Shown here: positions 1-13,700 of the stretch, one piece after another
Numbering within the stretch: position 1 is the stretch's first letter
Layout of the letters: each line of letters starts with the position of its first letter
DNA from: Lama glama
Lineage: Eukaryota
DNA: 64,000 nucleotides
Direction: 5' to 3'
Assembly (NCBI GenBank): GCA_028534125.1
Contig: CM052816.1
Span: 6,512,001 to 6,576,000 of the forward strand
Notes under the pieces: model-generated
Seen by the model: the letters and a program-made list of their open reading frames with translations, nothing else
What the model was told of the DNA's origin: nothing
Database searches by the model: none
Program-made: the position numbers and the translations under genes

Positions 1-290
1 TTTGCGAAGTACACCGTTCACAGAGTAAAAGCCCCAAATCCAAAAACGCCAAAGTCTCAGAAAGGACTCAAAGCCCAGTGTTCCCTGCAAATAAAAGACG
101 CCGGACCGTAAGCATCTGGGTTTGGAGGCGCTCTCCGGAACCCTGCTGGGGCACTGCTCTCCGTGGTGTTTGGGAAGGCGGCCTGGGGGACAGGTCTGCT
201 CGTCCTGTATAAGCTCTGAGCCGTCACCTGTGCATCTGGACTCCAGTCGCCTGGTGGTGACCTAGGCCCCCAGACGCCTGGTCTTCACCT
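1..290. promoter_or_regulatory. GC/CpG-enriched edge, possible CpG-island shore continuing left of the window
   Basis: About a dozen CpGs in <300 bp (e.g. gacgccggaccg, ggcgctctccgg), against a CpG-depleted, AT-rich background. Confidence 0.4.
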
Positions 291-424
291 TCTATTTTCA
301 CTTTTCCATGGCAACATCCTGCCCCTGAGCTGTGAGGTTTTTGTTTTTTGTTTGTTTGTTTGTTTCCAAACAATACCACCACCCCGTTTTACTCTGTGAC
401 ACTGACCCATGTACCTACATGGAC

Positions 425-650
425 AAGCTTACCAGCCTGTATTCGTTGTTGACAACATGTCAGGCCCTCTGTTAAGTGATTTCCATGCATTATTTCATTT
501 TAAGCTCATAGCATCACTTAGAGGTAAATACTCTTCTTGTTTCCATTGTACTGGTGAAGAAACTGTGCATCAAATAATTTAGGTAACATGTCTAAGGTTA
601 ACAGCTAAAATAAGTGCAGAAGTCCTGCTTCAAATCTCTATCTGCGTATC
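425..650 (-). mobile_element. MIR SINE
   Basis: Reverse complement of the MIR core (cattatttcattt...gaaactgtgcat...aaggttaacagcta...ttcaaatc). Confidence 0.65.
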
Positions 651-2126
651 TGCAAATCTTAGGATCTAATGCCTTCTCTGTATACTCGAGACTCAACCGC
701 CGTGGGCCTGCACGTGCCAACCTCAGCCTAGTTCTCAACCTGGATACCTCTCCTAGCAAATCTCACCGGGAGGCGCCCCATGCCTTTGCAGTCAAATAAA
801 CTGTCAGGCTTAAGCTGAGAACTAGTGAATGTTTACCTGGTTATGTTAGACTTCCCAAGTGGCTCAGTACTTTACACCTTGACTCCCCGAAGAGTACCTA
901 CTTTTGCATCTTTCAAATCTGCTGGCAGCTTAGCAGGAATATTATTCGGGACAGAGGAACTGTAAGAGCTTGGCTATATGAAAAATAATTTCCCCCGTAT
1001 ATGCATTTTGGCATGTTCTGCCCTATGTAAATATTTAGTTATGTTTAGGAGTGGACAGAGTTGTTTGATTTAGAACCTTAAGCTTAACAAACTCCAAAGA
1101 GCATCTACTCCAGGGTTTTTAGTAATATAGCCTTTTCTTTCCATCCTTTCGTGCAAATAAAAGGTCAGTATCACATTTCTGTGATTTAAGAAGATTTACG
1201 TACATGTGGTGGTTGCAGGGGTAGGAATGAGGAGGAGTTAGTGTTACGCGGTTCCTTGGCTTTCTCCTTTGGCCAGACCATTGAAAGCCACCTGCTCAGA
1301 GTCACAGTTTTCCAGATAATGGTATAGTTACCTGTGAGTTTTGGCACCTAGCACTGTGACACCAAAATGCACAACTTAATTTGATGTGTGCACCTCCTCT
1401 TCACCTGGGCAGTAGGCAGTGCTTTTTCTTTTCCTGCCTCGGCTGACTCTGAGAAAAGAATTGCTTCTCCCTGTTTTCCAGGCCCACCTCCCTGGATTCC
1501 CTCGTGGTGCACACTGTTTGCTGCCTCCAGACTGGGTTGCCTAGCAACCAAGCTCTGCAGGCTTCGTAATAGACAAAGCCTTTCCCTTCCAGTCCAACTG
1601 CTGCACTAATGCTCACTGTTGACAAGGGAACAACTCCCTGCTGAGCATACTCTGTAATCTGGAGGCAGACTTGGGGACTTGGTGCCAGGAGATATGAACA
1701 TCTCTCCTAAATAGGGAGGAGAAATAGAAGTTGGGGAACCAACTCATTTTTGAGCATGGACTATTTCCTGCACTGCGAGATGACGATGCATGCATTTCCA
1801 CTTGGTCACTCACCAGAAATTATATTACAGAAGGCATTTTGTTAACAGTGGAACCTGAATTCAGAGAATAATTCACATCATCATCATCTTGCCCTGTATG
1901 ACCCACAAAGAAACCATCTAATATTTCAAGGTATACAGTGACACCATCTGAAATTATTTCATGCCTGTCAGCCGAGTGGCTCAGACTGAAGCTCCACTGA
2001 ACTAGAAAGCCTTGAATCCATACAGCATTTTCAAATCCATCTTACTGGAACTGAATATTGGGCCATCATCAAGGTAGGCAGAACACGGAATGGCATTCCC
2101 ACTTAATAGAAGATGAGGTGACTCAC

Positions 2127-2260
2127 CCAGAAGTAGACAGGAAAAAGTAGACAAATCATCTTCAAAGCCGACAAATCAGAGTCCTCTGGCTCCAGGTGCT
2201 TGTTCAACTCTGGGACAGATGCATCTTCATGTGGAGAATGAACTGATATTTATGGCTTGC
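2127..2260 (-). other. Candidate internal exon of an unidentified minus-strand transcript (134 nt)
   Basis: Minus strand: branch-like aatgac plus ctctgctctcctttctctgcAG| acceptor; TGG|GTGAGT donor; non-repetitive context. Confidence 0.4.
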
Positions 2261-2998
2261 CTGCAGAGAAAGGAGAGCAGAGGGTCATTTTATAAATTAG
2301 TAAATAAGCTAGGAGAAGTGTAACAACTTATTCTGGGTTACTCAGCAAAGTGATGACCCTCTTACCTTTCTGAATCAAGGCTATCAGCCATTAAACACTA
2401 CATTACTGAGGTCTCCGTGGCTTTATTATGAGACAGCTTGTGGATGCATTCAGAAACTTATGCAAGCAATTAAAATTTTAAATACAGAGGAATGATAAAA
2501 TGCAATTAATACACTCTACTACTGAACATGGCAGGATTTCATAATCTGTTTTGTTTTCCCAGGACAAAGCAAGATAATAAACTTAATGACGATAGACGTG
2601 GCCATTTTCCTCCTTTTTGTGTCTCGTATATATCTGCACAGAGCCTGGCATAGAGAATTCCTACCATAAATATTTCTACAAATAAACAATAAAAAAATTT
2701 TTTAAATGAGAAATCACTGTGTTACTCAATATAGCAAAAAGAGCTTATATTCCAATACCCAGCTCATATCATCCCATGAGATTAAATAACACCATCTTAA
2801 ATTCAAAATCAGGAGGAACTTTCTGGCATTTTAGTATTGCTAAACTCTTGGAATGTTTTCCAGAAAAAAAATAAAAGATCTTCCCTATAAAACAAGACTA
2901 GCCAAACAACTGTAAGCCCAGAACCCATGTAATTTAGTTATAGAACTGGAGGAAAATCCAGTTAAACCAGAAATGCTCTTCTAGCCTTCCGTATTTAT

Positions 2999-3023
2999 TG
3001 TGTGTGTGTGTGTGTGTGTGTGT
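2999..3023. repeat. (TG)n microsatellite adjoining an L1 poly(A) tail
   Basis: tgtgtg... run seen directly. Confidence 0.95.
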
Positions 3024-3428
3024 ATTTTTTTTTATTGAAGTATAGTGAGTTTACAATGTTGTGTCAATTTCTGGTGTACAGCACAATGCTTCAGTCATAC
3101 CTGAACATAACATATATTTATTTTCACCATAACTTACTATAAGATATTGAATATAGTTCCCTGTGCTATACAGTATTAACTTGTTGTTTATCTATTTTAC
3201 ATATATTAGTTAGTATCTGCAAATCTCGAACTCCCAATTTATCCCTTCCCTCCCTGGTAACCATAAACTTGTTTTCTATGTCTGTGAATCTCTTTCTGTT
3301 TTGTAAATAAGTTTGTCTTTTTTTTTCTTTAGATTCCACATGTAAGTGATATATGGTATTTTTCTTTCTCTTTCTGGTTTACTTCACTTAGAATGACAAT
3401 CTCCAGGTCCATCCATGTTGCTGCAAAT
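3024..3428 (-). mobile_element. 5'-truncated lineage-type L1 3' end
   Basis: Poly(T) followed by tattgaagtatagt...ttccctgtgctatacag...atttatcccttccc...tccatccatgttgctgcaaat; homologous to the 43454-44150 L1 3' end. Confidence 0.85.
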
Positions 3429-3549
3429 TAAACCTCAGTATTTCATTCTTCTTCCATTCATTATTATTTCATCCTTGAACATAATGATCATCTATGATCT
3501 TTGGCGTACCTAGTTCTATAATCTATTATATTTAGGGCAAGTTTATCAT

Positions 3550-3780
3550 AGCATATAGCATAGTAATCAGGAGTAGAACATTTGGATTCAGACTGGCCTA
3601 GGTAAAAGGCCTCTCCCCCTCGTGGCTGTTTGACCCTTAGGCCTCTTTGAACCAGTTTTCTTATAAGCATAATGGGAATTAGCAAAGCACCTACGTCAAT
3701 GTGGTCAGAGACATTTAATGAGACAATGCTTAGTAAAACTTTGAGCTCAGATCTAACGTACAGAGCTAAGTTAGCCATTA
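3550..3780 (+). mobile_element. MIR SINE
   Basis: gcatagtaatcaggagtagaac...gaccctt...cagttttcttataag...atttaatgagacaatgc resembles the MIR consensus. Confidence 0.6.
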
Positions 3781-4953
3781 ATTTAAATGACCATAGTAAA
3801 TAATAATAGTTCCAGTAGCTTTAGCTTCATAACTAGTTATTTTGGGGGGGGAGGACCATATTCTTTGGACAAGATGTCAAGATATCCCAAACTTTTCAGT
3901 CAACTCATGGAAATAATTCCTACTGCATTTCCAAGAAACAAGTATTCAAACAGCATTTTAAAAACTTTAATACCTTCTAGGCCCAGGGAGGAAATTCTAG
4001 AGAAGCATCATTCTAGACTTTTTCAATGAAGGGCTGTGCTGTTGGTATCCCACTGTCTCCTTTTACCTCCCACCTTCACCACCTGGAAGGAGGAATTACT
4101 CAGTACACACTGTTCCTGCCCCTCCCTGTGCTGGACGGGAATGTACCATGTGTTTCCATCACATACTAGATTCTTCTGACACCATCTGTTCTAAGCCCAC
4201 AGCACACAGTTTGCCTTGCTGTCACAACTCTATTTGAAAATGTCGAGAAGAAATGTGATGAATGATTCTGAGGAATGTTGTTTACCTACCAACCATCCAC
4301 CGCTGAGTGACAGAGACGCGGCTGGCTAACAGTACAGGGCCTCACCGTCCTGGGATTCTGCGATTAGCCCTGCCTAACATAGCACAAAGTTTGAATGACA
4401 GAGGCAAGGGCTGATTCTGAAGCTTTTTAACTCAGCAAGGACATGCTGGTACAGATCCTGTCTCACCTCTCTTTACTGAGGTCTTAGTTTCCACTAGGCA
4501 CTGTTTTAATCACCTTCCACACATAACACAATCCTCACAACACCCCAACAAGAAGGAAGACACTGTTATCACCTACATGTGTCACTGAGAAACTAGAGGC
4601 TTGGGTAGATAAGTTGCTCTTCTCATAGTCACACAGCTAGCAAATGGTGGAGTTGGGATGTCAACCCAAGCTGGCTGTCTCCAGACTCTCTGTGTCCATG
4701 CCTCCAACAGGAACAGTAAACCAAGAATCAACTGGCTTGTACTACGCAGTCCCACTTTTTTGCTCCCTAGAGTTACCATTCTATTTTGCTGTATTACTTC
4801 CTTCCAGTTTAGGGAAGGAAGATTATGGGCAGAGACCGTGAACTACTTCCATTTACACTTACAAACCCACCCGCCTCATACCACCTTTGATCATGCATAG
4901 TGGGTGCTTCGTAAATATCACTGATGGACGGTTCTCCAAATGTGGACCATTAC

Positions 4954-5087
4954 TAGGGTGGCCACATAATTTATCATTCAAATCAGAGCATGTTTGAAAG
5001 GGAAAGGGGTCCTACTGAAAATTATGCTAGGATAGTAACTCTAAACTGAGGCCATCTTGGACAAACTGGACCACATGGTTATCCTTG
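4954..5087 (+). mobile_element. hAT-Blackjack MITE (MER94-like)
   Basis: tagggtggccacataatttatcattcaaatc...ggacaaactggaccacatggttatcctt; degenerate TAGGGTGACCA terminal inverted repeats, ~134 bp. Confidence 0.7.
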
Positions 5088-5734
5088 TTAAAACCTTTGT
5101 TCTTACTATGTCTATCCTATGTTATGAGTGTCCTCTGAGAAAAAAAGAGTTTCCTCTGAGGGACAGACTTTGAAACAGTTAAACTGGAACACCAAAAAAT
5201 GGAGCCATCTATCCTAAACGCAAACCCAGAAACAGAGACTATCAAAAAGACAACCTGGATGTCACCCTGATTTTGTTTTCCCTTTTATAAATGTGTTTGT
5301 GATTTTTTTTTCCCACTCCTCAGCAGATGCTACCTGACTTGTGCTCTGGCTAATGTCACTCACGTCAGGAGCATTGCCAAATGCAATGAGGTGCGACTGA
5401 CACCAAGAAAGATGATGAGCAAGGAGAATGGCAGCTGGCTGCATTTCCTTCCTGTAGAATTTTAATGAATCAAGGAGCATCCTGATAGAGTGGATTTGTA
5501 CATGCTAGAAGCAAAGCCGAAAGCCCTCATTCTAAACTCTGAGATCTGAGAACCCCAAAGTGGGCTCCACACTCATGACAGGGCTGGATGGGTCCTGAAT
5601 AGAGGCTGAGGACTGGGGAATACCAGAAGTAGCTACAGAGCTATGGGAAGACTGCAGAGAAGGGGTAAAGAAACCTGAGCTCTCCCTCACTCTGCAATAC
5701 TCATTAGCTCTGTGACTTAGACAAAGTATTTGTC

Positions 5735-6280
5735 ATAATCGAGACTCTATTAGTAACAAACAAACGCTAATGCCACCTTAAGCAAAAACAATAAAACAAG
5801 TAGTTTATTTCAAGGATCCACAGGCATTTCATGGCAGCCAAGGGTAGGAACGTAGCACAGGGCCTCAGAAGTACTGGATAAGGAAGCTACAAAGGCACTA
5901 CATGCCTACCAAAGGAGCTTATTTCTTCTTTCATTATTGCTTCATTCTGTGAATCTGCTTCTTTCTCACCTTTGTCATTTTTTTGCCACCCATTCTGCCC
6001 AGTAGAAGACAAGATAACCCAAGTTTTTATGGTGTTGGTCCAACTACAAGGAAAGACTGATTCTCAATTCTTGTTTCTATGTTTAATTCCCAGCCAAAGA
6101 CCTGATAGGCCTAGCTAGTGTGAGGTGTCCTCCCCAGGCCCAAAAAGTGTGAACAGAGTGTACGTCAATCTTGGACATCATGCCTGAGGCCCGCTTCTAT
6201 AACCCAGCAGAAGGTGCAGTCATTCCTGTTGCAGGGGGCGCTGTGTGTGAGCCGAGACATTTTCAGAGGTATCCCATTAG
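5735..6280 (-). mobile_element. Old MaLR (MLT1-type) LTR remnant
   Basis: gagactctattagtaacaaac...ttaagcaaaaac...tttatttcaaggat...ctgataggcctagc...ggtgtcc resembles reverse-strand old MLT1 LTRs. Confidence 0.4.
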
Positions 6281-7619
6281 CTTGTATAATGTTATTCTCT
6301 TAACAGCAAAATCTGACTTTTCTTTCTTCATGTGGTTATAAGCCCTAAATGATACCACTGATAGGAGGGGAAATGTGGAATGCAAATAGCTTTACATCTG
6401 TTAGGTACTCGCTTTATCCTTAAGTCACCCCGTGAGTCAGATGTAAAGCAGTCATATTTAAGCCTATATCCTCTAGATTCCCAAGCTGTAGTCCCCCGTC
6501 CATGGATAGCTGGTAGGTTAATGTCACTGCCAGAAAAAAAGAAAAAACTTCTAATGAGAACGTTGTGGGCTTCGAGTTCACTGACAAGTCAGAACCCTCT
6601 ACCTTCTCTAGATTTGTAATTGATTCCTTTATTTGCATTATGTAAATGGAACCTTGTGTAATTTCATATCCATAATTGTTATCATTAATAAACTCAGTTG
6701 TTATTTCTCTGAGCTCTGAGATGCTCAATTATTAGAACTGTAAACAGAATATAAGGGGTGCAGAAAGCATGAATATCTAGTGATACTGACAGATTTTATT
6801 CATAACCTGCCACGATTATTAATATTACTATTAATTTTGGCACGGCAGGTTGTCAACATGAGTACTAAGTATGAAGCAAGGAAAATTCCTTTACCAGAAC
6901 TTAATTCTTCAAGGAATGCCACTGAAAAATTAAAAGATACACATCTCACTCAAGCCCTGAGAAAATAACTCATCAATCAATAGGTCTCTACTAAGGCCTG
7001 TGATGGGTAAAGACTCAAGAACACTAGAGATTAGGAAAGGGCCAGAATGTAAACTACTACTCTGCAAGTATTCTACTGATAGACCCTCTGGATGTTGGAT
7101 CTGAATGCTCCCTCCTTCTCAACCCTCCGTGGAAATCACTTTTTGAAAAGAGCACAAGGTTCTAATTTTGACTATTATTTACATGCCTCAAATTCCTCAC
7201 CATTTTCAAATAACTGATCTGCCTAGCTGGAACTGACAGAAGAAATACTTCGGTAAGGAGCATCAGAGAGGAACTAAAATCCAAGGGTCTGGTCACGTTT
7301 TACCCAGGAAAGCCCGACATGATAGATGCCCTGGGAAAACAGGAGCTGTCTTGCATAGAAACCATTGAGAAACTAGGTAGACTCATCATGTGAAGCCCAC
7401 CCTGGGTAAACACGAGGAGGCTCTCAGCTCTGAGAGAACAGGGCATGGGGCAGACTGCTGAGCGGTGGTACTCTCCGAGAGGGTAAGATGTGTGGAGATG
7501 AGGGAGAGTGAGAGAGAGGGGCTAGAAAAAGGGCAGGACAAATGGAAAAAACATGGGCCAACACTGAATAGGCTGATTACAGACAACACCAACTTGAGGG
7601 ATGGCTGTGCTTTATATTC

Positions 7620-7890
7620 TCAGGGTGCACACACAGCGACACGGAAACACACAGTTATGTATGTCCTCCACCCACACACACCACCTATGTACACAGCCTC
7701 CTCTTATTCTTCGATACGTACGACTCAAATGTCCCTGCACACACACAGACACACTCCCACAAATCACGCCACACACGCACTCCCGTGCGCACACACACAC
7801 GCACTGCCCACCTTGCATGTATGCACAAGAGCAGCAGCAGCACCTCAGCAAAGCTACCGGAAACAAGTGCAAACAGGGAACACACAGGTA
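7620..7890. repeat. Degenerate (CA)-rich low-complexity tract
   Basis: Repeated cacaca motifs; produces spurious His/Thr-rich and Cys/Val-rich ORFs. Confidence 0.8.
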
Positions 7891-8339
7891 CTTTAGAGAC
7901 AGCCATCGGGACAGAGGCTGCCTGACCAAGAGTCTGTCGGAGTAACAGACCTAGAGAGGTCAGCACGACTGACTCCTGCTTCCGCCAGCAACTAGTACAT
8001 TTTTCTGTAAATAGAATTGAAGATGGAAGAAATTCAGGTTAATGGCTGAGTACGGTCATTAGCCAGGTCAGCACCCATTTTGGAAAGGATATTTCAGTGA
8101 CATGTTTACCAAATGGTCTACTTCAAATGCTAACCAAAATAGAAAATTAGAAAAATGTAAATCACTATCCTTCTTGATCCACCTCCACAAATGCACAGAG
8201 GAATCAACCATAACACATACAAACACACACTTGAACATCCGTAATTATCGAATATATCACTCCTAATGCCCAGATCGAGGTTTGAGCTATTCAATAAATT
8301 TCAATTGTACATCTGTGATACTGCACAAAAGAAAAGGCA

Positions 8340-8585
8340 GTTGAGTTCACTTGAGGGCTACCATTTATTAAGAGCTAACTATGTGTGGACACTGTTCCAA
8401 CATCTTCACATTGCTTCATTTCATACTGACAACAACTATATGGAGTAGAAACTATTACTATTTTCATGTTGTGGATGAGGAAATTGAGACGCAGAGAAAT
8501 TATGCTGAGCAAATATACATAAGACATAAATACTATGCCAAGGAAGAGACAGAGTTTGAACTTGAACTCAGGTTGTCTAACTCTA
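8340..8585 (-). mobile_element. MIR SINE
   Basis: ccatttattaagagctaactatgtg...gatgaggaaattgagacgcagaga...cttgaactcagg. Confidence 0.7.
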
Positions 8586-9151
8586 CATGATCATGCTAAC
8601 ATGAAGGTATTTCATTCCCATGCCAACTACCAGCTAGCAGTAATGGTAATGCTACATGGAGAAGCGCTTTTGGCTGTGTCTGGGCTGGCCAAAAAGGAGT
8701 GCTACAGTCAACGCATGAAGTGTGCCACTGGTAGGAAGGTAGGTGGAGACACGTAAGTGAATATTTGTGACACTGACCTGGGGTCCAGAGGCTGAGCAAC
8801 CACCAACCACACGTCCAACCTTACCCAAACATGACAGGTGAAAAGGGAAAGAATCAAAGGCAAGGGCACAGATTTAACAGCACTGTTATGGGTTCCAACC
8901 CACGTGAAGACCTCTTAGCACAATGCTGGACAGCAGGAGCAGCTTAAGAGCCTGTGATCTTAGATCATTATTCTATAGTTTAGAACACGATTTCACAACT
9001 GCAATCTTTGGTTTTTAAACTCCACCCATCCTCGTGTCGATTACTAAAAATAACAATTCAATCAGTAATAAAACTTCTATATATACTTATAATACAATGT
9101 GGATCGAAATGCATGTCTAAAAGTCTTAGGACAATTAAAGAAAGACTAAGC

Positions 9152-9316
9152 GGAAAGAGGTGGGAAAGGATAAATTTGGGAGTTTCAAATTTGCAAACGT
9201 TATCCACTAAATATAAAAATAGATTTGAAAAAACAAATTTCTTCTGTATAGCACAGAGAACTATATCCAATATCTTCTAATAACCTTTAATAAAAAAGAA
9301 TACAAAAATGAAAAAA
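9152..9316 (+). mobile_element. Short L1 3' UTR fragment
   Basis: gggaaggataaatttgggagtttc...aaacaaatttcttctgtatagcacagagaactatatcc, ending in an A-rich tract; same type as 43870-44010. Confidence 0.8.
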
Positions 9317-12094
9317 GAAGGGTTCTGGCAGTTCTACCAATCCCAAAATGTAACAATGTGCTCACCTTCCTAAAAGCATGTGATGCTCACTACTGAACAT
9401 CCATATGGGTAAGGACTGTACTCTATGTCAATGTAATCTTTAGAAGAACCTCCCAAAAGCTCCATTAGAACACTTATCCAAGGTGATTGAGCCATTCTGA
9501 GCAGATCCAGAACTATTACTCCAAAAACTAAAACCAGCTTGTTTTTTCTATGGCCTCAAGATTGTCATTTGAAAGATAGGATGAACAAAGCACACCTCAA
9601 TTTCTCTTACAACCAAGGGTCTATAGGCTGGTGATTGGCAGGGAAGAGGGCTGTGGACTGTGACCATGGGATGGCTTGGCACTCAGCCTGGCTTCATCTG
9701 AATCACACTCTCAAGTGACAGAATTAACCAGCCATGGAGATTGAGTTCACTGAACAGGAAAAATGAGGCTGCCAGGAAAAAAAGTTAATGCAACGTAAGG
9801 CAGTGTTAAATGGAACAACAGCCATTTATTCATTGCCTGCCCTTCTTCAAGAAAGATTTAAGGGGACAATAAATAGTAGTGTCCAAAAACAAGTAGATGA
9901 AAATCTCATTCCACTTTTGGTTTTCAGGCAACATATTGAATAGAGTTCTAAATTCCACAAAAACATTTTCAGGGATCTTTGGAGAAACTAGAGCTCTTCT
10001 ATTTAGAGTGACCAGGATTGGGGATGAGCACAGAATCATGGCGTGTGGTCAATGGCTGAACGTTGAAGAACATGAGGGTATTTATTCTAACAAAAAAAAA
10101 AAAAACTCAAAAAAGTTATCTTTTACCTGACACTTAAAAAGTCTGTCATACTGAAGAGTGCTTAGACATTTTTATATGGTTTTAGAGAACAGAATACAAC
10201 TGAGAAGGGGAAATTCCAATACTTGTCCAAAAATGAAAAATGATGCCTATGAAGTAGTGAGGGTTACTGTTATTCAAGGTATTAAAGAAGATGCATGTAT
10301 ATAAATCTCTTGACAAATACTCATGTCAGGTGGCAAGAAGGGACTTTTTTAAAGTCATGCATTTAACCAATTCAGAATCAAATACATGCTAAGATATCTT
10401 TTCATCTTTTCACTAGGCACTGTTGTGAAAGATTTGGTTATGATGTATTTGCCAGGCACAAGAAATAACTTTGGCTAGGAAGAAGAATGAGGGGTTTTCT
10501 ATAATGAGCTACAGATTTTTTAAAAATCAACATTAAGTAGAAAGGAAGCATGTGACGTTACTGCATGGACCAAGACGGCTGAGGTGACATATCACACTTC
10601 AATCACCACAGGATTTTACTCTTTTATTTTTCCCCATATAAGAGCAAAAAAAATGTCCCATCCAAGACATCTGAGCTTCTGAGCTATAGATTATACTGTC
10701 AGCTATTCAGGATGGTTGGACAACAGCAAATCCTTTATCACTGGTGGGGAGCGTTAGCCCAGGGTCTCTGAACTCAAAGGAGATTCAGGAGCAATCCCAG
10801 GATCCCATTCTTTTCTCCCTTTATGAATTCTACTAAGTCATTATCCTTCCATCAATCAGCCCACCTGATCAAGCTATTTGTAATGCAGTTAGTGACCGCA
10901 TCACCTCCAACCCAGCTGAATAGCTTATTACACATGCAAAGGAAAGAATGAAGCTATTTTTTGATCTGTCTGCAATTTCCAGATTAAAAAAATAATAAAT
11001 CTCTCTGCATTTTCAGAAGGTTTTATATCAGATTTCCTTTTCTACTTTGCTGATACAGCAGTAGACACAATAGCTGTGTGGGGGAATTTTCTAGCCAAAG
11101 TACTACAACTGAGCAAAGCAGGATGAGACTATTCAAAATTCAGTATTGCAATTCTGTCTTTCCAAGTGAGGAAGATTATGGCTTCCATTCATAGAAGAGG
11201 ACAATAAAAATAACAGTAACTAAAAAAATTTTTAAACTTCCCTTATGGTAAGTGAATATATTTAGAACCTAAGACCATAAATTAAGAAGTCTAGTATTAT
11301 AAAGGCCCAGGAAGATAAGGCAAATAAGGGAAAAAGATGAACATGAGGAAACAGAAAGTATAGTGTTGGTATCCAGCTGGAAATTCTGTGCCCTGTCTAA
11401 GCATATGGTAATTCAGTAACACCACCACCAATAGCAACATTTAAAAATGCAGCTTAACCAAGTAATTGAATGTTTACAACTGATAGATTCCCATTTTAAC
11501 TGCAAAGGTCTTTAACGATCACCAGGTCCAAGGGTTTTCAACTCTGACACCATACTCAAAGCCCTGGACAGCATCTAAAAATTACTAATGCCGGGACCCC
11601 ATACCAGACCATTGGATGACAAGCATTATTGTGATTTAAAAATTTCACCAGGTGTGATTCTAATGGACAGCAAGGCATAAGAAACAAGATGAGAAAACTA
11701 AAGCTGAAAGAAACAGATTTGTTCAAGATGACATTAGCACTTGGTAGGCAGCAAGTGCTGCCTTAATTATCAATGAGTATGTTTCAATCTAGAAGATACA
11801 CAGAAGCAAATGCATAGACAAAAGAATAAAAGGGTAATGTACAAAAGTAATCAAGACTCTTACTTGACTATAGCACATATTTGGCTAGTTAGCAATGTAG
11901 TTGCACTAATGATACAATATACTTTCATAGTGCCTACAATGTGTCAAAAAAAATCACTAAACATTTAACATGCATTTCTCTACCTTTGTAAAAATTAAAG
12001 AGATAAAGACACTGATGCACTGTGAGATAAATTATATTGCCAAGCACACAGAGCTAATACATTTCCAAGGATGCATTTAAATCTGTCTCTTTGA

Positions 12095-13700
12095 GAGAAC
12101 ATTTACATGAAACAAAATGTACAGATTTCAGTATACCATTAGATGAGTCTGGCAAATGTACACATACATCCACGTAACCAACTCTACAATCAAGCTATTA
12201 AGCACTCCCATTACCCCCAAAACTCCCCCATGTCCTCTTCCAGTCATTCCACCCCCGACAGGAAACTGTGATTCTGGTTTCTACCACTGTGGACTGGAAC
12301 TTTCATAAATGAAATTATATAGTGTGTTCTCATTTGTTTCTTACTGGTTTGTTCAACATACTTTTTCTTGAGATTCATCCACATTGTTCCATGTATCAGT
12401 AGCTTGTTGCCTTTATGTTGCTGAGCACGTATTCTATTACATGAATATACCACAATTTGTTCACCAACTGCCCTCTTGATGGTCGTTTGGCTATTATTAA
12501 GCACAGCTTTTGCTTTTTATTAGTAAAGCTGCTATTAAACTTTATTTAACTTTAGGAGAAACTACCAAACTGTTTTCTAAAGCAGATGTTTCATAAATTC
12601 CCTGAGCAATATACAAGTTCTAGTTACTTCACATCCTCACTAGCGTTTGTTGTTGCCACAAGGAAATGGCATCACATTGTGCTTTTAATTTGTGTGTCTC
12701 TGGTAACTAACAACGTCAAGTACTTTTTCATGTTCATATTCATCACTCATACATCCTTTCTTGTGTAGTGTCCAAATCTTTGGCCTCATTGTAAAAAAAA
12801 TTGCTTTTTTTTTTTATTATTGGCTTGTTCTTTATTTATTCTGGATCAAGTTTATTGTCAAACATATACTGCAAATATTTTCTCCCAGACTGTAGCTAAA
12901 CTTTTAATTTTCTTTTGATGTGCAGAGGTTTGGTGGTGGTGTTATTTTGGGTGAAATTCAATTTATCCTCTTTTGTGATTTTTTAATTTCACCTCTAGGA
13001 AATCTTTGTCAACCCCAAGATCATAAATATATTTTTCCATGTTTACTTCAAAAAGCTTTAATGTTTTAGTTTTTACAATCAAGTCTATAATTTATCTAAA
13101 TAAATTAATCCTGTGCATGATGTGAAGTTGAGATTTCCTGTTTTCCTTACGTATATCCAGTTATTCCAGCACCATCTGTTAAAAAGATTTTTATTTTCTC
13201 ATTGAATTGCTTTTGAGCTTTTATTGACATTTACTAGATATGTATTGATCTATTTCTCAACTAATTTGTCCCACTGATCAGCTTGCATATCCTCATGTTA
13301 AATACAATTCTGTCTTGATCTTGGTGGCTTATGTCAAGTCATAAAATTCATCTGATTTGGTTATTGTTCAAGATGGCTTTCAATGTTGTATTTTCTTCAC
13401 ATTTTCATACAAATTTCAGAGTAAGATTTTCTGTGTCCACAAAAAACAGGTGAAATTTTGCTTGAGATTATATTTAATCAAAAGAATATTGAATCTTCCA
13501 GTTCATTAACATGTTACCTCCACTGAAATCTTATAGGAACATTTTAGAGTTTTTAGTGGAGAAATCTCATATATCATTTTGTTAAATTTACCGCCTTGCT
13601 TTTATGGATATCTTCATGCTATTGTACATGGTTTAAAGTTCATTTTCCAAATGTTTGCAGCTAGTACATAGATACACAAACTGATTTTATCTTCATATTG
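12095..13700 (-). mobile_element. Ancient L1 (L1M-type) ORF2 3' end and 3' UTR
   Basis: Reverse-strand L1 hallmarks: gagattcatccacattgtt, ccaaactgttttctaaagc, tatccagttattccagcaccatctgttaaaaaga. Confidence 0.8.

Noticed and set aside
7465..7966. Overlapping 93-143 aa ORFs on both strands
   Set aside because: They arise from the CA/TG low-complexity tract; His/Thr and Cys/Val bias and no recognisable domain.
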